Shown here piece by piece: positions 27,976 through 36,256 of a DNA stretch of 64,000 nucleotides; within the stretch, counting starts at the first letter, position 1, and the number at the start of each line of letters is the position of its first letter. The notes beneath the pieces were generated by a model, which saw nothing but the letters and a program-made list of their open reading frames with translations, ran no database searches and was not told the DNA's origin. This DNA is from Dehalococcoidia bacterium (GTDB lineage: Bacteria > Chloroflexota > Dehalococcoidia > Plut-88900), in NCBI GenBank assembly GCA_965207225.1, contig CBDBLV010000005.1, positions 160,001 through 224,000 on the forward strand, given 5' to 3'. The position numbers and the translations under genes are program-made.

Positions 27976-28320
27976 GGAGTCCCGCCCACCCGCCCTGTTT
28001 TATTGACCTATCAAAAATGCGACGCATTTTTGATAGGTCTTTTCCAAGGGGGAATAAGAAGTAGGGACGTTAAGGGTGGGGATAGGTTGGATTTAGGGAA
28101 TGGCGCTTGAGATTCCTCGCGGGGCCTCGGAATGACATGTAAGGGCGTGGGTTTGCGGAAGGCAGGCGTGATGGGTTGGAGGGGTGTGGGCCACCCCTCG
28201 CTCGACCCTTCGACGCTGCTGAGGGCGAACAGAATGGCCAACCCCTCGGGATGGATTCCCGATCGGGGTCGGGAATGACGGGAAAGAGGGGATGGATTCC
28301 GGCTCGGGGGCCGGAATGAC
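27976..28320 (+). repeat. Repeat array (families F, A, C, B, B)
   Basis: F at 27976-28054, A at 28102-28136, C at ~28199, B at 28250 and 28291. Confidence 0.85.
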
Positions 28321-28352
28321 GAAATGAAGAGGACGCACAAGGGAGGGGACGG

Positions 28353-30554
28353 TTAGGTGAGCTTTTCCAGGGGGGCGTAGCTGAGGAGGAGTTTCTTGAT
28401 GCCGTGGGAGCCCTTGAAGGCCACGGTGACGAGATGGTCGTCGTTGGATTCGGTGCAGGAGACGACTATGCCCTCGCCGAAGGCGTTGTGCTGGACGCGG
28501 TCGCCGGCGGAGAAGAGAGCTTCCTGCTTTGCCTTCGGTTTGGGCGGTGACCACCAGAGGTCATCGGCGCGGGCCTGATAGCCCTTGGGGTTCTGGGAGA
28601 AGTTGGCGGTTAGTCCCTGGGGAATGGCCTCCAGGAAGCGGGAGGGCGGGTTGACGTTGCTGGAGCCCATCATGTTGCGGCGGAAGGCCCGCACCAGGTA
28701 GAGGCGCTCCTTGGCCCGAGTCATCCCCACGTAGCAGAGGCGACGCTCCTCTTCCATCTGGTCGGGATCGTCGATGGAGCGTCTATGGGGCAGCAGGCCC
28801 TCCTCCATGCCCACGAGGAATACGGCCGGGTACTCGAGGCCCTTGGCCTGGTGGAGGGTGATGAGGGTGACGGCGTTGGCCCGGGCGTCGATATCATCGG
28901 TGTCGGAGACGAGGGCGACGCCGTCGAGGAGGGCGGTGAGGGCTTCGTCGGGTTCCATGCCGAGGTACTCGGATGCGACGGAGCGGAGTTCCATGACGTT
29001 GTCCCAGCGGTCTTCGCCGCGGTCCTCGGACTCCAGGAGGGCCTCCCGGTACCCCGAGCGCTCGGCGACCATGCTTATGAGCTGGGTGACCTCCACGCCT
29101 TTGCCGTCCTCGATCAGGCCGTTGAGCATGTGGAGGAAGGCGGTCAGGGTGCGTCGCGGCCCCGGGCCGAAGGGGGGCTCGGGGCCCGAGATTCCTTCCT
29201 CGGGGGGATTGGCGAGGAGCTGGAGGGCGGTGTAGGGGGGCATGCCAAGCTGCGTGGCCCACATGAACAGGCCGTCGACTGTCTTCTGCCCTATGCCCCG
29301 CTTGGGGACGTTGATGATGCGTCGGAGGCTGACGGTGTCGTAGGGGTTGTGGACGAGTCGGAGGTAGGCGACGACGTCCTTGACCTCACGTCGCTCGTAG
29401 AAGCGGGTGCCCCCGACCAGCCTGTATGGGATGCCGTAGCGCATGAAAGACTCTTCCAGGACCCGAGACTGGGCGTTGGTGCGGTACATGACCGCGATGT
29501 CGCCGGGGGCGTAGTTGTCGTCGCGCTGGAGGCGTTCGACTTCGCGGGCGACGGTCTGGGCCTCGTCCTGTTCGTTATAAGCCTCGGACATGGTGATAGG
29601 GACACCGAGGCCGTTGTCGGTCCAGAGGCTCTTATCCTTGCGCTGTCGGTTGCCGGCGATGACGTAGTGGGCGGAGTCGAGGATGGTCTGGGTGGAGCGG
29701 TAGTTCTGCTCCAGGAAGATTGTCCTGGCCCTGGGGAAGTCCTTTTCGAAGCTGAGGATGTTCCGGATATCGGCATGGCGCCAGGAGTAGATGGACTGGT
29801 CGGGGTCGCCGACGACGCAGATGTTGCCGTGGGCACTGGCCAGCTGCCGGGCGAGGCGGTACTGGACGACGTTGGTGTCCTGGAACTCGTCGATGAGGAG
29901 GTAGCGGTAGCGGTTGGCGTACTTTTCGAGGGTGTCGGGTGAGCGGTCAAAGAGCTGGACGGCCTTGAGGAGGAGGTCGTCGAAGTCGACGCCGTTGTTG
30001 CCCTCAAGGATGGCCTGGTAGCGCTGGAAGACCCGACCCACGACTTCGTCGAAGTAGCTGTGGACGTGCAGTCGGTGGGACTCGGCGTCGATCATCTGGC
30101 TCTTGTTGGCGGAGATGGCGGAGGAGATGGAGCGTGGAGGGAAGTTGCGGGTGTCGACGTTGATGTCCTGCATGGCCTCCTTGATGATGGAGTTCTTGTC
30201 GTCTTCGTCGTAGATGACGAGGTTGCGGTCGAGGCCGATGGGTTCGCCGTCCATGCGGAGGATACGGACGCAGATGGCGTGGAAGGTGCCCATGGTGAGC
30301 CGCTCCGTCTCCTGGCCGACGAGGTCGAATACCCGCTCACGCATCTCCCTGGAAGCCTTGTTGGTGAAGGTGACGGCCATGATGCGGCTCGGGTATACGC
30401 CAACGACCTGCATGAGGTAGGCGATGCGGTGAGTGATGACACGGGTCTTGCCGCTGCCGGGCCCGGCGAGGATGAGAAGGGGGCCGTCCACAGTCTCGAC
30501 GGCTTCGCGCTGGGGCGGGTTGAGGCCTTCGAGGAGGTTTTGCGCGGTGGTCAT
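28353..30554 (-). CDS. pcrA: ATP-dependent DNA helicase PcrA/UvrD
   Basis: AGPGSGKT, TFTNKA, DEFQDTN, VGDPDQSIY, LEQNYRST, TLHQAKGLE, EEERRLCYVGMTRA. Confidence 0.96.
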   Translation of the reverse strand: MTTAQNLLEGLNPPQREAVETVDGPLLILAGPGSGKTRVITHRIAYLMQVVGVYPSRIMAVTFTNKASREMRERVFDLVGQETERLTMGTFHAICVRILRMDGEPIGLDRNLVIYDEDDKNSIIKEAMQDINVDTRNFPPRSISSAISANKSQMIDAESHRLHVHSYFDEVVGRVFQRYQAILEGNNGVDFDDLLLKAVQLFDRSPDTLEKYANRYRYLLIDEFQDTNVVQYRLARQLASAHGNICVVGDPDQSIYSWRHADIRNILSFEKDFPRARTIFLEQNYRSTQTILDSAHYVIAGNRQRKDKSLWTDNGLGVPITMSEAYNEQDEAQTVAREVERLQRDDNYAPGDIAVMYRTNAQSRVLEESFMRYGIPYRLVGGTRFYERREVKDVVAYLRLVHNPYDTVSLRRIINVPKRGIGQKTVDGLFMWATQLGMPPYTALQLLANPPEEGISGPEPPFGPGPRRTLTAFLHMLNGLIEDGKGVEVTQLISMVAERSGYREALLESEDRGEDRWDNVMELRSVASEYLGMEPDEALTALLDGVALVSDTDDIDARANAVTLITLHQAKGLEYPAVFLVGMEEGLLPHRRSIDDPDQMEEERRLCYVGMTRAKERLYLVRAFRRNMMGSSNVNPPSRFLEAIPQGLTANFSQNPKGYQARADDLWWSPPKPKAKQEALFSAGDRVQHNAFGEGIVVSCTESNDDHLVTVAFKGSHGIKKLLLSYAPLEKLT

Positions 30555-30608
30555 GGCAAGTTGATTATAGCAATGGGGGTGGGGGGGGGTGTGTGGTAGG
30601 GTGGGAGG

Positions 30609-31814
30609 ATGAGAAGGTCATTCCTCTTTGCCCTAGCAGTCGTTTTGATGAGCTTGGTTGGCTGCGACACCCCGCCGCCAACCCCTCTCCCCACATCAAC
30701 TTCTGCTCCCACCCCCACTCCACCCCCGACCATCACCGTAGTCCCGACGATTGTGCCAACCCAAACCCCTGAATCGTTACTACCTTCTGCACCTCAAATC
30801 CTGGATTCGGCTGTTGAGAATTTGCGGAGGCAGGCTTCTTTTCACGTTTCGGCGGTGATTGAGACGAGCACGGTTACTACGACTATCGAGGCGGATGTCG
30901 TGCCTCCAAACATGGGGTACGTTAGGGAACAGTGGACTTCGGGGCTGGCGAAGAACGTAGACGAGTTTCTGTTTATAGATGACTCTCGCTATTCTCGGCC
31001 GCCGGGCTTCCAGGTATGGTTCGACTACAGCGGAACGACCTGGTCCCGCAGGACTGTCGGGGACTTTCCTTACGACTTGGCCTTTCTTGCTGAAGAAGTG
31101 GGAGAGTTGGCATTGCGGGGGTCGGAGGAGGTGGAGGGAGCGCTGGCATATCGGATCATAGGCGTTGTGTCGAGGCGTCTGGAAGTTGCCCTGGGGTTTG
31201 ATGTCGGGGCCCGTTTGGTGAATGACGCCTCGGTGGTTGAGATCTGGGTCAGCAGGGAAGACCTGTTGCCGCTGCGTATCGAGGCCCGGTTCGACGGAGC
31301 CGGAGAGTCGTTCAGCGCGGTTTATTCGGACTTCGGGTCGGGGATAGACGTTTCTGCGCCCGAGGAGGTATTGCACCTGGACTACCTGCAGGGATTGCTG
31401 GATGGGACGCTTGATGCCGAGGAGAAGGGCCTGATGGTGAGCGTGTTTCCGCCGGAAGGGCAGGTGTGCGTGGAGGAAGAGATAGGGGTCGGGCCTTACC
31501 GGGAACTGGTGTCGGGGGCGAGTGATCTCGATGATGTTCTCTTGTGGGTCCTGGACCACTGCGAGTGGGAGGTCTTCTCGTTCTCCGACAACTTTGCCAG
31601 GAGCGGCCTTGCCGAAGTCCTGTACAGCCTGGACCTGACTGTTCTCACTATCCCGCGCGGGGATATGGTCGGGGAGTTGGCAGAGTGTGTGAGAGGGGTG
31701 GTGGGGCTTGAGGCGCTGTTCGAGGTGGGGTGGGGGGAGCGGCCCCCGACGCCTGAAGAAGTGGAGGCTGCGGAGATGTGTGTTGTTGCGGCTGTGGAGG
31801 AAGAAATCTACTAG
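30609..31814 (+). CDS. Lipoprotein, LppX/LprAFG-like fold plus Cys-containing C-terminal repeats
   Basis: Lipobox LVGC, Pro/Thr linker, EIWVSREDLLPLRIE...YSDF. Confidence 0.65.
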   Translation: MRRSFLFALAVVLMSLVGCDTPPPTPLPTSTSAPTPTPPPTITVVPTIVPTQTPESLLPSAPQILDSAVENLRRQASFHVSAVIETSTVTTTIEADVVPPNMGYVREQWTSGLAKNVDEFLFIDDSRYSRPPGFQVWFDYSGTTWSRRTVGDFPYDLAFLAEEVGELALRGSEEVEGALAYRIIGVVSRRLEVALGFDVGARLVNDASVVEIWVSREDLLPLRIEARFDGAGESFSAVYSDFGSGIDVSAPEEVLHLDYLQGLLDGTLDAEEKGLMVSVFPPEGQVCVEEEIGVGPYRELVSGASDLDDVLLWVLDHCEWEVFSFSDNFARSGLAEVLYSLDLTVLTIPRGDMVGELAECVRGVVGLEALFEVGWGERPPTPEEVEAAEMCVVAAVEEEIY

Positions 31815-31847
31815 CGGGCGGGGCTGCGCGGTGTTACTGTGCCTCGG

Positions 31848-32768
31848 ATGAGACGAGCATTGATATTGATCGCCTGTGTCCTGGTGGCGGGTGGGGTGGG
31901 GTGTGAGGGCCTGCTCCCGACAGCTACCGCCCGTTCTCAGAACAACTGGATTCCCGCGTCGGAAGCTGAGGCGGGTGATGCGCACTGGATAGTCCGCTCT
32001 GCTGAAGCGAACCTGAAGGATGCATCTTCCTTTCGGCTGACTGTGAGTGCGGAGGGGTCGGGGGGAGGGGCTGGGACCGAGGCGGATGTACTGCCATTCG
32101 GGGGAGGACGCTTCGTTATAGATGTCCTCCTTGACGCCTCCCATGACGCTGAGATTGAGGTTATCCGGGCCGCGGAGTCACTGTACGTGCTGTATCCCGG
32201 CTTCCAGGCGTGGTTTGATTTTGGCGAGTCGGGCTTGTACCACAATTCGAATCTGAAGAGCTTCCCCTATGACCTGGGAGGGATCCGGGAGACGGCCGAG
32301 AGCTTTGAACTACTGAGGGAGGGGGTTATTGGTGGTATTGACGCCTACCGGATCGTTGGTAGGGGGACGGGAGATTTCAGGGAGGCTGCGGGATTCGGGC
32401 CGGGGGTGGGGGAGGCGGAGTTGATGATGTGGATAAGCGAGTCGGGGGTGCTGCCGCTGCGCATCGAGGCCCGGGTGGAAGACCCTGATGTAACGTTCAT
32501 CTCGGTATATTCCGATTACAGCATGGATTCTGGGGTCTCGGCACCGGAGAACGTGGTCCACGTGGGCTTGATGGATGGGCTGCTGGAAGGGGCCCTGAGC
32601 CCCGAGCAGTTGGGGCAGGTAGTGCGGGCCCTGCCGGTGCCCGGGCAGAAGTGCATCGAGGAAGAGATAGGTACGGAGGTGTACCGGGTGGTGATAGGCG
32701 GGGATAGTGAGGAGGACTTGCTGGTGTTGAACGCGTTCAATGAGTGTGAGGGGGAGATTTTTCCGTGA
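31848..32768 (+). CDS. Paralogous lipoprotein
   Basis: Lipobox GVGC; shares PGFQxWFD, FPYDL, LPLRIEAR and QxCxEEEIG with the upstream gene. Confidence 0.65.
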   Translation: MRRALILIACVLVAGGVGCEGLLPTATARSQNNWIPASEAEAGDAHWIVRSAEANLKDASSFRLTVSAEGSGGGAGTEADVLPFGGGRFVIDVLLDASHDAEIEVIRAAESLYVLYPGFQAWFDFGESGLYHNSNLKSFPYDLGGIRETAESFELLREGVIGGIDAYRIVGRGTGDFREAAGFGPGVGEAELMMWISESGVLPLRIEARVEDPDVTFISVYSDYSMDSGVSAPENVVHVGLMDGLLEGALSPEQLGQVVRALPVPGQKCIEEEIGTEVYRVVIGGDSEEDLLVLNAFNECEGEIFP

Positions 32769-32909
32769 ACGTGGGGACGAATGGCAGGCGTGTCCCTCCG
32801 CTCGACCCCTGCCTTCGCAGGGGCAGGCTCTTCGAGGGTCTCAGGGTGAGAGGCCCCTCCCCAAGAGGCTAGAATAGTGATCGCCAATCGAGACAACAGG
32901 AGGATGAAC

Positions 32910-33308
32910 ATGTCTGAAAGGTCACAGGTAGGAAGCGGAAGGCCGTTGGAGGCGAAATTCGGGTATTGCCGGGCGATCAGGGTCGATAACCCGACCAGCC
33001 ACATATTCATAGCGGGAAACGCGTCGACATCCGCGGACGGGTCTGTGCATGCGCCGGGGGACTACTACGAACAGACAAAGCACATACTGGGCCTTATCAA
33101 GGGATACGTGGGGCAGGCCGGAGGTTCGTTGGAGAACATTGTGAGGACTAGAGTGTTCGTGGTGGACGTGCAGAACCATGCGGAAGAGGTCGGGATTGCG
33201 CACGGGGAGGTGTTCGGGGAGATCAAGCCGGTGTGCACGCTGCTGGGGACGGATGCGCTGGTGCATCCGGACATGGTGGTGGAGATAGATGCGGACGCGG
33301 TGATTTAG
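32910..33308 (+). CDS. RidA/YjgF-family protein
   Basis: GYCRAIR, IVRTRVFV, HGEVFGEIKP, VEIDADA; RBS AGGAGG. Confidence 0.88.
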   Translation: MSERSQVGSGRPLEAKFGYCRAIRVDNPTSHIFIAGNASTSADGSVHAPGDYYEQTKHILGLIKGYVGQAGGSLENIVRTRVFVVDVQNHAEEVGIAHGEVFGEIKPVCTLLGTDALVHPDMVVEIDADAVI

Positions 33309-33323
33309 GACCCCCCCCACCCT

Positions 33324-33397
33324 CCGTTCATACTTCGACCTAGCTCAGCATGAGCGGCCCCGCCTCCGGGGAGGGCAGGCACGAGACCTGCCCCTAC
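33324..33397 (+). repeat. Repeat families C + E
   Basis: CTTCGACCTAGCTCAGCATGAGCGG; GGGCAGGCACGAGACCTGCCCCTAC. Confidence 0.75.
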
Positions 33398-33438
33398 AGG
33401 GAATTGGGAGTCAGCCCCTCCCACCCCCTTCGAAAGGT

Positions 33439-34167
33439 CTAGGGGCGGCCGGCGAGGATGTCGAGGAGGCGGCGGCTCTGGAAGCGCATGACCCAGATGA
33501 CGCTGGCGGCAGCGAGACCCACGCCCGTGAAGAGCAGCCCCAGACCCACGAACTTGACGGGCTCCAGCCATCGGTCCATGGACTCGAGCGTACCGCGGGT
33601 GGAGAGGAGGGAGTCGCCGGGGGCTGCCGGGTTCAGTTGGGTGGCGATGGAGTTGTCCCAGTAGCCGGAGGCGATTAGGCCCTGGACGACTGCAAGGACG
33701 AGGGCCACGAACAGGATGGCCAGGCCGGCAACGGTGAAAAGAGGGAAGAGTCGGGCGGTTACGGGGGGCCCGGGGAGGATGATGGTGACGCCGAGGGACT
33801 GCTGGACGGTGGCACCGGAGACCCGAAGGCTGCCCAGCACTATGTTGAACAGCTGGATGATGCTGGCGACGATCAGGCCCAGGCCGAGGAACATCAACTC
33901 GGGGAGCCAGGCACCGACGGATTCGATGAATACCTTCTTCTGGACGATGTCGGAGCCGGAGGAGGCGGCCTCCCGCTCGGCGTGGGAGAAGGCAAAGTAG
34001 TCGGAGGAGACCATGCCGTTGATGATGCCAAGGACGAAGGAGGAGGCGGCAATGATGAGGCCCATGAAGAGGAGGGGCGCCCAGAACCGGACGGCCAGGG
34101 TCTGGGCACGGGTGAAGCCAACGGCGGGTCGGGCGATGGCTTCGGCGGCGCTTTCGAGAGTGGTCAT
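33439..34167 (-). CDS. Uncharacterised 4-TM membrane protein with an internal duplication
   Basis: RBS GAGGAG; two halves, each with ES..WL....F.GLGL. Confidence 0.75.
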   Translation of the reverse strand: MTTLESAAEAIARPAVGFTRAQTLAVRFWAPLLFMGLIIAASSFVLGIINGMVSSDYFAFSHAEREAASSGSDIVQKKVFIESVGAWLPELMFLGLGLIVASIIQLFNIVLGSLRVSGATVQQSLGVTIILPGPPVTARLFPLFTVAGLAILFVALVLAVVQGLIASGYWDNSIATQLNPAAPGDSLLSTRGTLESMDRWLEPVKFVGLGLLFTGVGLAAASVIWVMRFQSRRLLDILAGRP

Positions 34168-34198
34168 GTGGTCTCCTCTGTGACGGTGGACAAAGGGC

Positions 34199-34654
34199 TT
34201 AAGACTCGGCCTCCCGGTCTGGGTCCAGAGGGGCCTCGAATGTGGAGATTTCCTGGCCGGTCGGGTCAAGGGACTCCGTGCTCCGGAGTGAAGGGAGTAT
34301 CAGTGCGGAAACGGTCATCCTGAGCCTGACGGCGGCGACCCAGCGCCACAGGAGCAGGGCAACGCCTACCAATATCAGGGCGAGACCCTGCCAGGGGAGG
34401 AGGCCGAGCCACTCATCATGGGTGGCGAGGCTGGCCTGTTGCTCGCCCAGTAAGGTGTTGGAGGGGGCAGCGAGCCGTTGTTCCAGGTATGCTAAATAGA
34501 CCTCGGAGGCGGTGTCGGAGAGGTCGGCCCAGAAGTAGAAGGCAAGGCCGATGGTGGCGAGGCCGGCGATGATGAGCAGGAGGGCGGCGAGGGTGAGGAA
34601 AGGCCCTCTGAAGGCTTCCTTTTCGAGCTTCTCAACGGTGGTCTGGGAGATCAT
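34199..34654 (-). CDS. Uncharacterised 2-TM membrane protein
   Basis: Two hydrophobic helices; WL...GLAL..GV motif resembles the downstream gene. Confidence 0.65.
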   Translation of the reverse strand: MISQTTVEKLEKEAFRGPFLTLAALLLIIAGLATIGLAFYFWADLSDTASEVYLAYLEQRLAAPSNTLLGEQQASLATHDEWLGLLPWQGLALILVGVALLLWRWVAAVRLRMTVSALILPSLRSTESLDPTGQEISTFEAPLDPDREAES

Positions 34655-34781
34655 TACCGACGTTGGTCCTTGAGCATCCTTTACGACGGGTAATCACAGT
34701 GGTGAATTATACGGGTGGGGGGAAGGGGGTGGAGCGCCGGGGACGATAAACGCGACAGGAAGGCAGTACGAGGGCCATCCC

Positions 34782-34861
34782 CCGCTCGGCTCTTCGACTC
34801 CGCTCAGGGAAAGCGGCCCCGCACCCGGCGGGATGGATTCCGGCTCAGGGGGCGGGATGAC
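34782..34861 (+). repeat. Repeat families C + B
   Basis: CTCTTCGACTCCGCTCAGGGAAAGCGG; GATGGATTCCGGCTCAGGGGGCGGGATGAC. Confidence 0.8.
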
Positions 34862-34866
34862 GGGAG

Positions 34867-35589
34867 TTATTGGGGTTTGGAGCCCCAGTGGAGTGCCACG
34901 ATTCCCATGTTCATGCGTCGGTAGCCGACGTTTTCCAAGCCGGCTGTGCGCAGGATGTCGGCGAGGCCGTCGGCATTGGGGAAGCGGTCTATGGACTCGG
35001 AGAGATAGGAGTAAGAGGAGCGGTCTCCGGCCATCAGGTGTCCGAGGAGGGGGATGAAGCGCCGGACGTAGATTTCGAGGAGGAAGTTGAGGGGCGACCA
35101 TCCCTTCACGGGGCTGAGGTCGACCACTGCGATCCCACCCCCGGGCTTGAGCACGCGGACGATCTCCGAGACGCAGGTCTCAACGTTTTCCACATTTCGG
35201 AGGGCGAAGCCGGAAGTTACGGAGATGAAGGACTCGTCCGGGAAGGGGAGGGAGAGGGCGTCGGCCTGGAGAAAAGAGACGGCGCGGTCGGGGAATTTGT
35301 CTATGGCCTTGCGTCGGGCTATGTCGATCATGGGGCGGGAGAGATCGATGCCAAAGACTGAGGTGACGTCCGGCTGTTTCGAGAGGTTGAAGGCGATATC
35401 TCCGGTGCCGGTGGCGATGTCGAGGCCCGGGCCTGTGCCTTGCGCCTTGCCTGCGGCGAGGGCTGCGGCCCTCTTCCACCGCCGGTGCCTCCCCAGGGTG
35501 ATGGTCGTGTTGAGGAAGTCGTACCGCCGTGCGATACGGGAGAACATCCTCTCGACGTACTGGGCTGGGGGTCCCGTCTTGGCTGGCAT
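34867..35589 (-). CDS. menG: Demethylmenaquinone methyltransferase UbiE/MenG
   Basis: MFSRIARRYDFLN, LDIATGTGD, LPFPDESF, FALRNV, YLSESI. Confidence 0.9.
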   Translation of the reverse strand: MPAKTGPPAQYVERMFSRIARRYDFLNTTITLGRHRRWKRAAALAAGKAQGTGPGLDIATGTGDIAFNLSKQPDVTSVFGIDLSRPMIDIARRKAIDKFPDRAVSFLQADALSLPFPDESFISVTSGFALRNVENVETCVSEIVRVLKPGGGIAVVDLSPVKGWSPLNFLLEIYVRRFIPLLGHLMAGDRSSYSYLSESIDRFPNADGLADILRTAGLENVGYRRMNMGIVALHWGSKPQ

Positions 35590-35593
35590 AGGT

Positions 35594-36202
35594 TTACCGG
35601 GCTGCAATAGGAAGGATAATTTGGATTTCGTCTGGGGGGCCGGCGGCGTCGAAGGCATTTTGCAGCCAGCACAGGCCAACGTAGGCGGCTGTTATCGCGT
35701 CAAGCTCATCGTGGACGCGTTTGCGGTCGGGGTCGGGGAATCGGATGCCGAGATCGTAGAGTCCTTTAAGTAGGGCGTCCTCGCCGCGCTGCTTTCTCGG
35801 GAGTCCGAGTCGGTCCTGGGCGGCGCCGGGATAGACTTCGATGACTTTGATGCCATCGGATTCTAGGGTCTCGCGAAGTCGGATGGAGCGGAGGGTCAGG
35901 TTGACCATGGAGGGGAGGAGGGTCCAGAAGGGTCGGTAGCCCATGCGGGAGACGGCCCTGTCGGCGGCGCGGACGATGCCGTGGACGGCGCAGGCACAGG
36001 ATGGGTCGGCACAGCAACGGCCCTTAGGGAGGGCGAGGGGCGAGTCGATGGCTACGACGTCGGGTTTGGCTTCGTGGATGGCCTGGAGGATATCGGCGTC
36101 GGTCTTTACGACTTGTGACTCGGCGTTGAGGTTCTCGTTGATAACGGCCAGCCCCGACCTCTTGCGCTCGGAGCCTGAGGGGTCGAGGCCGAGGGCGATC
36201 AA
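35594..36202 (-). CDS. DUF429-family predicted nuclease (RNase H-like)
   Basis: LGLDPSG, VAIDSPL, IEVYPGA, HDELDA. Confidence 0.8.
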   Translation of the reverse strand: MIALGLDPSGSERKRSGLAVINENLNAESQVVKTDADILQAIHEAKPDVVAIDSPLALPKGRCCADPSCACAVHGIVRAADRAVSRMGYRPFWTLLPSMVNLTLRSIRLRETLESDGIKVIEVYPGAAQDRLGLPRKQRGEDALLKGLYDLGIRFPDPDRKRVHDELDAITAAYVGLCWLQNAFDAAGPPDEIQIILPIAAR

Positions 36203-36256
36203 GGGCGGCCTCGGGCAGCGGGGCCTTCCCAGGTCCGCGAATTTGACATTCGAGGG

